A stretch of 16,332 nt of DNA from Macrostomum lignano (taxonomy: Eukaryota): NCBI GenBank assembly GCA_002269645.1, contig NIVC01001418.1, positions 1-16,332 of the forward strand, in the 5' to 3' direction. The notes beneath the pieces are model-generated. The model saw only the letters and a list, made by a program, of their open reading frames with translations. It had not been told where the DNA came from and ran no database searches. Every line of letters begins with the position of its first letter. The first letter of the stretch is position 1. This document shows, in pieces, positions 1-8,256 of the stretch. The position numbers and the translations under genes were made by a program.

Positions 1-598
1 AGAATCGGATGTCTGCAGCTGATAAACTTTATAGCGTCAAGCTATACAAGAGCTGTATTTGCTTTAACTTTGCCGACAGACAGACACTGCGCTGCAGGAT
101 ACTGCTGAGGCATCCACACGCTGGTACTGACACTAAAATACTCCGTAAAAATATTAAACGGCCCCAGTACGTTGCTTCGCTTTAGTTCCTTGACAAGATA
201 ACACAAAACACTTTTTTAACAAATGTGGAAGAAATGAAGGATTAATGTTTTTGAGAAATAGCCTGTGCATTATAGCTATAGCTATCAAGACCATTTTAAA
301 CAATTGTCTTGTTACTCTTTATACTTTGTATGTTTTTGTATGTTTTATCTACTTTCCAAAACATGCCAAAGAGTTTAAAGACCAGTTATGAGTAATAACA
401 GTCCATTGCATCCAATAGACTACATCTGGGCACAGTAAAGCCACCCACCCTGAGCATGCGGATATAGCATCTCTTTATCAGGCTTTAACAGAGAAGGAAA
501 GAGGAAAGAAACCTCAGTGTCCTATTTAAATCGTGAGTAGCTATTTCTGAACTGAATCTATGTGAATAAACGAAGGATCAAAAATGCTAATCGCAGCT

Positions 599-623
599 AT
601 TGGTGCTCAAAGTCAGAGCCAAT
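599..623. promoter_or_regulatory. Pair of CCAAT boxes upstream of the DEG/ENaC gene
   Basis: ATTGG at 599-603 and CCAAT at 619-623, about 130-150 nt upstream of the ATG at 750. Short motifs; could be chance. Confidence 0.2.
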
Positions 624-749
624 GGACGAATAGCTATATAGATTTAGCCATTAATCTACTGGAGCTTAATAAATTGGTTCGATTTGAGTTTTGATTTTGG
701 AAAGGCGACTTCTTCCCTGCCGACAGTCAGCTACAGGAGTGCAGAAGCA

Positions 750-2444
750 ATGCCAGAAATCCAAGCCAGACGAAGCCGAGAAAACCGAACCACACCCGAC
801 AGCATTGTCGGCGGTAGAAGGAAGCTGATTAGACAATTCTGCGACAGCACCTCAGCGCACGGCTTTCACAAGATTGTGGAAAACGGCGAAGGCGCGCTGC
901 ACAGAGCGGCTTGGCTGTTTATCATCCTAGCAGCCGGAGCCGGCTTCACCGCTCACTTGTTCGCCTTGTTCAGTCGCTACTTGGAGCGGCCAGTCAACAC
1001 GGAGACCAGCGTTTACGGTACAAAATTTGTCTTCCCCGACGTGACAATCTGCGCTACGAGTCACTTCAGCCGATTGCGCTATCAGCAGAATCCGCCGGTT
1101 CCTAGTTTGAACATTAGCACTCACGAGCTGCTGCATCATATTCGCACCTTCTGGGATCCGGGAGAGAACGCCGACACAAATATCAGCATTAACGCCGACG
1201 TGATGCACTCGATAAAGTCCTACCTACGTGAGTTGAACATTACTAAGCAACGGCAGGAGATGATTCTGCACTGCGACTTTGCCGGAGACAGCTGCTCGTA
1301 TAGAAACTTCAGCCTCTACGTAGACCCGAACTATTTCAGCTGTTACACGTTTGCGCCAACCGAGCGGCACCTCATTGTCGGCGGCGAGCGAGACGGCGGC
1401 CTAAACGTCATCATGTACGTCGGCGACGTGAAGAATTTTATTACAGGTGAGGAGTCACTTAGCTACTCCGAAGGATTCCGCGCGGTCATCCACGAACCGG
1501 GCACTCGGCCCGAACTACTGGAAGGCTTCTACGTGCAGAGAGACACCAGCACCTATGTACAGCTGGGCTACACGGAGGAGGTCGTGCTGAAAAACTGCTC
1601 GCTTGATGCTAACTTTCAAACGGTGAAGTTTGTCGACAGGTATAACCGAATCACTGAGTACAGGTACACTATCAGGGACTGCCTCGTCAACACTTACCAA
1701 ACCTACTTGCGCACTAACTGTTCCTGCGTTTCGGAGGCTCTGCCGCTGCCAGCCAATCTGAATTCTAATCTGAGCGTGCCGTTCTGCCACAGCATTAGCC
1801 GGGAGAGCCTCATGGAGAGCATCGACCAGCAGGCGGCCACCGAGGCCGAGGCGGCAATCGAGCGCAACCAAGCCGCCGAGCACCGGAGGGCCTGTCACGA
1901 TTCCGTAGTCAGCGAGATTCACAAGAAGACGTCTGGCCTAGCCCCGGACGTTTGCCCGCTGCGCTGCAAAAACGTGCGCTACGAGATGCGCTTCACGCAG
2001 AACCGTTGGCCGAGCGCCTGCAACGAGACCAGCCAGGCCCTGGCCGAAGCCGTCGAGCGGACAATCGCACTTGCCGCTGAACAGGGCGACGATTTGACCA
2101 CCTTGGTGGAGATTCAGCGTCGAATGTCCGACGAGCACCGAGAGCCAGCCTTTAGAGAGTCGTTCGCCAAACTGACAATCTATACCCATTCTACAATGGG
2201 CAGTGTGATGCGCGAGAGCTGGGCCTATCCGGACCGAAATCTGGCGTCGGACATTGGAGGCATTCTCGGCCTCTGGCTCGGAGTATCAATCATTAGTACG
2301 TTTGAATTTCTAGAACTATTCGCTCGCCTGCTGTTCTGGCATTTTCCTTTGACCAAAGCTAACCGTAGCAGCAGCAGAAGCGGCGGCGGCGGCGGCACAG
2401 GAGGCAGCAACAGCAGATGCATTGAAACACAGCTGGTTCGCTGA
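750..2444 (+). CDS. DEG/ENaC (amiloride-sensitive sodium channel family) subunit, single exon, 564 aa; TM2 signature of the ENaC/FaNaC/degenerin type
   Basis: First ATG is at 750 (the track ORF starts at TTG 684). Family motifs appear in the correct order: pre-TM1 FCDSTSAHGF (HG motif), TM1 AAWLFIILAAGAGFTAHLF, FPDVTIC, MILHCDFAGDSC, DPNYFSCYTF, GFRAVIHEPG, Cys-rich thumb, RWPS, and TM2 LASDIGGILGLWLGVSIISTFEFLELF with a G-V-S selectivity belt. Eight extracellular N-X-S/T sequons. Confidence 0.95.
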   Translation: MPEIQARRSRENRTTPDSIVGGRRKLIRQFCDSTSAHGFHKIVENGEGALHRAAWLFIILAAGAGFTAHLFALFSRYLERPVNTETSVYGTKFVFPDVTICATSHFSRLRYQQNPPVPSLNISTHELLHHIRTFWDPGENADTNISINADVMHSIKSYLRELNITKQRQEMILHCDFAGDSCSYRNFSLYVDPNYFSCYTFAPTERHLIVGGERDGGLNVIMYVGDVKNFITGEESLSYSEGFRAVIHEPGTRPELLEGFYVQRDTSTYVQLGYTEEVVLKNCSLDANFQTVKFVDRYNRITEYRYTIRDCLVNTYQTYLRTNCSCVSEALPLPANLNSNLSVPFCHSISRESLMESIDQQAATEAEAAIERNQAAEHRRACHDSVVSEIHKKTSGLAPDVCPLRCKNVRYEMRFTQNRWPSACNETSQALAEAVERTIALAAEQGDDLTTLVEIQRRMSDEHREPAFRESFAKLTIYTHSTMGSVMRESWAYPDRNLASDIGGILGLWLGVSIISTFEFLELFARLLFWHFPLTKANRSSSRSGGGGGTGGSNSRCIETQLVR

Positions 2445-2545
2445 GATGACAGATGAACTTGTTTCTGACATTAAATGATAAAAAATCACAACGCTACCCA
2501 AGGAGTCAAGGACAAAAATTTACTAACTTTAAATTGCATAGAAAG

Positions 2546-2551
2546 AATAAA
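2546..2551 (+). promoter_or_regulatory. Candidate polyadenylation signal of the DEG/ENaC gene
   Basis: AATAAA 102 nt after the stop, followed by T-rich sequence; an alternative ATTAAA lies at 2470-2475. Confidence 0.4.
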
Positions 2552-2887
2552 TTTGTTATTTTTCGATAACGCGATAAAAACTCCAATGCAGACTCTGGAG
2601 GAGTTTTCTTTCCTGATGTAACAAACAGACGAAAAAGGGAGGTCAACTGGCGCTCTTAAGAGCCGGAATGAGTGAAGCCCGGACAAAACTGTTGCTTCGA
2701 AAGTGTCACAGCCAATTTCATCTCACTATTTGCGTTTGCTGCAACTGGCGTTTCTGGCTCGCAGCTGCATGGCTCGGAAGTTTGGAAAGTTTTCACTTGC
2801 AAGTCGGTTTTGTCCGGAGCTAAACTTCGGGCTTAAGTTGACATCTACTTTGGTTTTTTTGTGCTATATGCAGTCTATCCCGCGCTC

Positions 2888-3000
2888 TGATTGGCCCGGC
2901 TAGGTCAGGCCGGGTTTGGGGTTCACGCCTCAACCCTGGCCTGGCCTACGCTCTCTCTCTGCCTTATAGCCCCTCCCCACGGCGGCGGCTTGTGATTGGC
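2888..3000. promoter_or_regulatory. GC-rich promoter-like island with two NF-Y-type CCAAT boxes
   Basis: TGATTGGCC (ATTGG 2890-2894) and TGATTGGCT (ATTGG 2995-2999) both match the RRCCAATCA consensus on -. CpG-rich context. No downstream gene identified. Confidence 0.35.
2901..2948 (+). other. 48-nt imperfect hairpin
   Basis: TAGGTCAGGCCGGGTTTGGGGT-TCAC-GCCTCAACCCTGGCCTGGCCTA: about 21 pairs, 3 G-U wobbles, two single-nt bulges, 4-nt loop. Confidence 0.55.
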
Positions 3001-3389
3001 TAGCGGGCCGGTGCCGTCCCCCTGTCCCCTCTTTTCCTTCCCTCCTTTTCTCCGCCAGCCGGTTTTTCACTTAAGCTTAAATGTACAATATTTTCTACTC
3101 TCAAGCTCTAGTCTACTCTACTCGAAAATTGCAAGGAAACCGGACCGTTCGCCAGAAACTCATCCTGTCTTCTTAACCACTCAAAACACTAGATCCAACC
3201 CTATCCAACATCGCGTGTCACGCACCACACGCGAGCCCTTTAACTGTGGACACATCCCAGAGTCATGGACACTTATAAAAACCTCAAAATGTTCCAGCCT
3301 ACCGGGATCCGCCTTAGGCCTGCCCCACCCCACCTCCGGGTCCTACAACTAGTACATTGGACTGCGATTTGGTGGCTCATTTGACGACA

Positions 3390-3405
3390 GTGTGAACGAG
3401 CCTTA
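3390..3405. mobile_element. Possible solo PIF/Harbinger-type terminus
   Basis: GTGTGAACGAGCC followed by TTA resembles Harbinger TIR ends (GGC...TTCACAC with TAA/TTA target). No partner end found in the window. Confidence 0.25.
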
Positions 3406-4285
3406 AGCCCATAAATAGCCCCATTTTAATAACAAAGATAATAATATTTTTTACAAAACAATAACATATAAATAATAATTCTGTTTAGTGACAGTATTGA
3501 AGAGAGTCACAGGTTTGCCTTTTTCTATTGAGATACGGTGAGTCGGTTATATTTATTATATCGTCAAGTTTAAGACGCTGAGTAGCAAGCTACACATATT
3601 TGTCCATAAATAAATAGAATGTGTTTTTACCGAACCGCACAACTACAGTGAAACAAGACAGAAATATTCACTAAACACGAGTTTAAAAAGCCCGAATAAA
3701 TGAATCCAGCAAGTTACTAAAAAGAAAAAACTCCGGGTCTTGTACATTTAAGCTAGTTACAGACAGAGAAGCAAACAAGTAGTAATAAAATAACAACAAC
3801 TGACAACAAAGAAAAGCAAAAATATTGGTATTATACCGAGAAAAACAGAAGGAAAAATACAGTTCAAAATTCAATAAGCAAGGCTATAGACTGCGGATCG
3901 AATGCAACAGTCTCGTTTCTCCCAATGAAAACGGTACCGAGGCCAAGAAGCATCCCAGAGTCAACCACAGAGTCGCTGTAGGTAGCATAGGTAAAAATAA
4001 TAGGAAAGAAGTGAATCTAGACGACTCAAAAACGAGATGTCGTGGTAGAAGTCGCCAAAAAGTCAATTTGAGGCGGTTCATTGTCTGCGACTCAGGGGCC
4101 GTAGATTCGTATCTGATGCGTGCAATAATTGAATTCTGTCCAGACCGCATCTGCGTCAATTTATAAATTATAATCGCATTTCGCATTTATAACAACTCTT
4201 TCTAGACTACTTGAGTTAGTAGCTAAGAGTTGCAATGACAAAAATTTGCTCCGTTTGCAATGGGTCTGTTAGAGGTTTCTTTAAA

Positions 4286-4335
4286 AAATAACAAAATGAA
4301 AACCAGGCCGAAATTAAAACTGCATCGCGGAACTA
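4286..4335 (+). repeat. 50-bp direct repeat, copy 1 (copy 2 at 4715-4764)
   Basis: AAATAACAAAATGAAAACCAGGCCGAAATT(A/G)AAACTGCATCGC(G/C)GAACTA; 48/50 identical. Confidence 0.9.
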
Positions 4336-4593
4336 GGCAAGCTTAAAAAGAGGAACTTATCAGGGTTTTAAAAAACACTTAAATATCATCATTTTACCCG
4401 CTGACACGCAGGTAGTAAGATAGGCAAAATTAATGTGTGGATCATTACTACAGAGTTTTCCAAGCCTTTGGGATAATTGTTTATGGCCATAAGAAAAGGT
4501 CTGTGGAGCAGCCAAGTTCAGAGGTTGGGCCATAGACAATGAAAAGGATTGAATTGCTTGCCCCTAGCCAGGCCAACAACTGGCTGGGACAAT

Positions 4594-4836
4594 GGGCCGT
4601 ATGCAGAAAGCCTAGTCCAGACTAGCTAGTCCGGACTTGGGTAGTTCAGTCTATAGTCTATGGTCTAGCTACCCTAGTTCTGTAGCTAAAAATAACTCTT
4701 AATCAATCTTTTAGAAATAACAAAATGAAAACCAGGCCGAAATTGAAACTGCATCGCCGAACTAAACAACCAAATCCAAGTCCAGACTAGCTTTTCAAGA
4801 CCGGACTACCCTAGGCAGAGCTTCTGCATACGGCAC
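4594..4836. mobile_element. 243-bp MITE-like non-autonomous DNA transposon (possibly PIF/Harbinger-like)
   Basis: TIRs GGGCCGTATGCAGAA / TTCTGCATACGGCAC (14/15). Subterminal inverted repeats (AGCTAGTCCGGACTTGG vs CCAAGTCCAGACTAGCT). Flanking duplication AAT at 4591-4593 and 4837-4839; a 5-bp CAATG reading is also possible if the ends are trimmed by 1 nt. Confidence 0.65.
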
Positions 4837-5520
4837 AATGCTACAATATAATATCTCAGTTTGTTCCAGCAGAAATAGTTCATATTATTACTCACATTCG
4901 ACTGCCTGAGGATGCCTGTAGACAGACAGAAAGTTACTAGTTACTATATTTAATATACAAGAATAACACAGAAAGCATACTTAAATTAACAACATCAAAC
5001 CGCATTGGTCATGGAATGAAACTTATATAAAAAACGCAAAATATACTACTCACCAAGGCATCATTGAAATGTGTATACATATTTTTTTTCAATACAATAC
5101 GAGTGTAACATTAAAAAGTCCGCTTATTCCTACTCATAGTAGTCGCATCGATTGGGTATAGTACGAGAAGTATTTTGAATGATAAAAATTAGCACTTATT
5201 ATATCAGAAAATTGATTTAACACAGGTGAATAAATGAAAATGAAAAGTAAACCATGCATACATTCTAGCCTCCAGGATAACTAATAGTGCAAAAAATTGA
5301 AGACGAAAAGGTACTACAAAAGAAACTACTTGGGCAGAAAAAAGTTTTTTTCGGCTGAGTAAATAATAACTTATGAATAGACATTTTATCCATATCAGTT
5401 GCTTAGCAAAGTGAAATTAAAATTGTTAATAAATATATTATTAAGATACTTGTTGCTCGCGAACTTTTCCAGCCAAGAAATAGATCATTAGTTCGATACT
5501 CAGATGCAATAATTAAATGC

Positions 5521-6048
5521 CACTTGGATTTTATACCTGGGCACCTGGATTTTATACCTGGGCACCAGGATTTTATACCTGGGCACCTGGAGTTTATACC
5601 TGGGCACCTGGATTTTATACCTGGGCACCAGGATTCTATAGCTGGGCACCTGGATATTATACCTGGCACCTGGATTTTATACCTGGGCACCTGGATATTA
5701 TACCTGGCACCTGGAGTTTATACCTGGGCACCTGGATTTTATACCTGGGCACCAGGATTCTATAGCTGGGCACCTGGATATTATACCTGGCACCTGGAGT
5801 TTATACCTGGGCACCTGGATTTTATACCTGGGCACCAGGATTCTATAGCTGGGCACCTGGATATTATACCTGGCACCTGGATTTTATACCTGGGCACCTG
5901 GATATTATACCTGGCACCTGGATATTATACCTGGCACCTGGATATTATACCTGAGCACCTGGATATTATACCAGGCACCTTAATACTATACCTGGCACCT
6001 GGATATTATACCTGGGCACCTGAATATTATACCTGGCACCTGGATTTT
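5521..6048. repeat. 20-21 bp minisatellite (CACCTGGATTTTATACCTGGG), about 25 copies
   Basis: Directly visible tandem units; an 83-bp four-unit higher-order repeat recurs at 5584, 5708 and 5791. Confidence 0.95.
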
Positions 6049-6197
6049 AACCTCAGATCTGGATATTTCGTAAGAATGTATATAGCCTCGTAACTTCAAA
6101 TTTTCAGACAGGTTCTATAAATAAATAAAACAACTTCTAAGTGACACCACAAGAAACCCAGAAAATCACACATCTAGTTACGCAATTAGTATTTCAA

Positions 6198-6428
6198 TTA
6201 CAGCAGCTTCGACATCTCGTATTTAGTAGTCAGTACTTCCTCGTCGCTGTCTTGAAGCAGCGAGGGCAGAGTGCTCTCAACCAGAGACTGTGGTATGTTC
6301 TCTTCCACCCAGCGTAGGCTGTCCTCGCCTTTGCTAGACTGGCGAGATCGCTGCTGCTGCTGCTGTTGCTGGGCAGAGGCGCCCGAGCCTCGAGCTTTGA
6401 CACCTTCGGCCAGGTTGTCCATCACCAC
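6198..6428 (-). CDS. TMEM87: TMEM87-family protein, exon 5 (C-terminal tail)
   Basis: Acceptor ...CTAATTTCAACCTCCCAATACCAG| at phase 0. VVMDNLAEGVKARG...EDSLRWVEENIPQSLVESTLPSLLQDSDEEVLTTKYEMSKLL* matches the recalled TMEM87A tail (EDDLKWVEENVP...DSDEE...SKME). TAA at 6200-6198. Confidence 0.92.
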   Translation of the reverse strand: MVMDNLAEGVKARGSGASAQQQQQQQRSRQSSKGEDSLRWVEENIPQSLVESTLPSLLQDSDEEVLTTKYEMSKLL

Positions 6429-6513
6429 CTGGTATTGGGAGGTTGAAATTAGATTGCTGGGATGTTTTAGAAATAGAAATTTCTAATTTAATAGATTTAA
6501 TAACTATTGATGT

Positions 6514-7548
6514 ATGGGATATTTCATAACTACAGATTTTATGGGATATTTCATAACTAGATTTTATGGGATATTTCATAACTACAGATTAATGGGATAT
6601 TTCATAACTACAGATTGATGGGATATTTCATAACTACAGATTTATGGGATATTTCATAACTACAGATTGATGGGATATTTCATAACTACAGATTTTATGG
6701 GATGTTTCATAACTACAGATTGATGGGATATTTCATAACTACAGATTTATGGGATATTTCATAACTACAGATTGATGGGATATTTCATAACTACAGATTG
6801 ATGGGATATTTCATAACTACAGATTGATGGGATTTTTCATAACTACAGATTGATGGGATATTTCATAACTACAGATTAATGGGATATTTCATAACTACAG
6901 ATTTATGGGATTTTTCATAACTACAGATTTATGGGATATTTCATAACTACAGATTGATGGGATATTTCATAACTACAGATTTTATGGGATGTTTCATAAC
7001 TACAGATTGATGGGATATTTCATAACTACAGATTTATGGGATATTTCATAACTACAGATTGATGGGATATTTCATAACTACAGATTTTATGGGATGTTTC
7101 ATAACTACAGATTGATGGGATATTTCATAACTACAGATTGATGGGATTTTTCATAACTACAGATTGATGGGATATTTCATAACTACAGATTTATGGGATA
7201 TTTCATAACTACAGATTGATGGGATTTTTCATAACTACAGATTTTATGGGATGTTTCATAACTACAGATTGATGGGATATTTCATAACTACGGATTTATG
7301 GGATATTTCATAACTACAGATTGATGGGATATTTCATAACTACAGATTTATGGGATATTTCATAACTACAGATTGATGGGATATTTCATAACTACAGATT
7401 GATGGGATTTTTCATAACTACAGATTGATGGGATATTTCATAACTACAGATTTATGGGATATTTCATAACTACAGATTGATGGGATATTTCATAACTACA
7501 GATTTATGGGATTTTTCATAACTACAGATTGATGGGATATTTCATAAC
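6514..7548. repeat. 26-bp minisatellite (ATGGGATATTTCATAACTACAGATTG), about 40 copies, in TMEM87 intron 4
   Basis: Period 26 measured directly (for example 6601, 6627, 6653), with occasional 27-bp variants. Confidence 0.97.
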
Positions 7549-7582
7549 GTGGTTATTTTAGATCCGTCATCAGCGCCCTCAC

Positions 7583-8188
7583 CTCCTCATCCTCATCGCT
7601 ATCATTTCCAGCATCCAGCAGCGGAGTGAACGCGTATCGCTGGTTATTCTGCGAAGGCCGCCACAGAATGATAATAACAAACAGTATGACGGAGAACAGC
7701 AGATGCCAGAATGCGTCATCAATCCAAAGCTCTCGCCAGGCGGCAATGCAGAGCGCGAATTTATGCCTGCTAACAGTCCAGGTCATGAACACAACGGAGC
7801 AGACAACGCAGAACACCAAGGTATTGGTGAAATGCCTGTACAGAGACAACTTCACCAGGTTGCGCCGAACTCGCAGGTTGCGAATTGTCTGCACCAGCGA
7901 GCTGAAGATCCACCAGCAGATGATGGCGTCGGTCACGGCCAGGGGGATGGTGGCGTAGAAGGCGTTACGCGACTGATCAAACCGCGGTCGCATGGCTCTG
8001 ATGGAGCTCTCAACGGCTGAGAAGATGAAGTAAACGAGTCCGATTGCAATCACCTTGTGCTGCAGCTGGCCTAGCCGGGGTTTCACAATGCCATAGCCCA
8101 GGCAGACTATCAGGACCAGCATGCGAGCGACCGAACGCTTCACGCAGGACACCAGCTCAGCTAGCATGACGGCTCCGCGTACGCTGAC
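7583..8188 (-). CDS. TMEM87: TMEM87-family protein, exon 4 (most of the 7TM domain)
   Basis: Acceptor CTCGCTCAG| and donor GAG|GTGAGG; 606 nt, phase 0/0. Contains KRSVARMLVLIVCLGYGIVKPRLG, RRNLVKLSLYRHFTNTL, WRELWIDDA and LWRPSQNNQRYAFTPL, all TMEM87 hallmark segments. Confidence 0.96.
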
Positions 8189-8256
8189 CTGAGCGAGATT
8201 TGAGCGATTGATCTATGCGTGATTGACTGCCGCATACAGGTCACCCATGATGAATA

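Noticed and set aside
684-749. TTG-initiated N-terminal extension of the channel ORF
   Set aside because: Eukaryotic context; the first ATG at 750 already leaves a normal N-terminus before the HG motif. An upstream exon cannot be excluded.
911-2501. Short alternative-frame and antisense ORFs over the channel gene
   Set aside because: Shadows of GC-rich coding sequence and AGC/GGC triplet runs; no recognisable domains.
2704-3356. Possible solo LTR (TGTCAC...CCTACA or GTACA)
   Set aside because: No matching 4-6 bp TSD at any TG...CA pairing tried, and no convincing PBS or PPT.
5403-6093. Repetitive ORFs (WAPGFYT)n / (HLDFIPG)n
   Set aside because: Arise from the 21-bp period; the frame shifts at every 20-bp unit; no splice or coding context.
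6346-6372. Seven-Gln tract in the TMEM87 C-terminal tail
   Set aside because: Short CAG/CAA run in a variable linker; common in invertebrate proteins.
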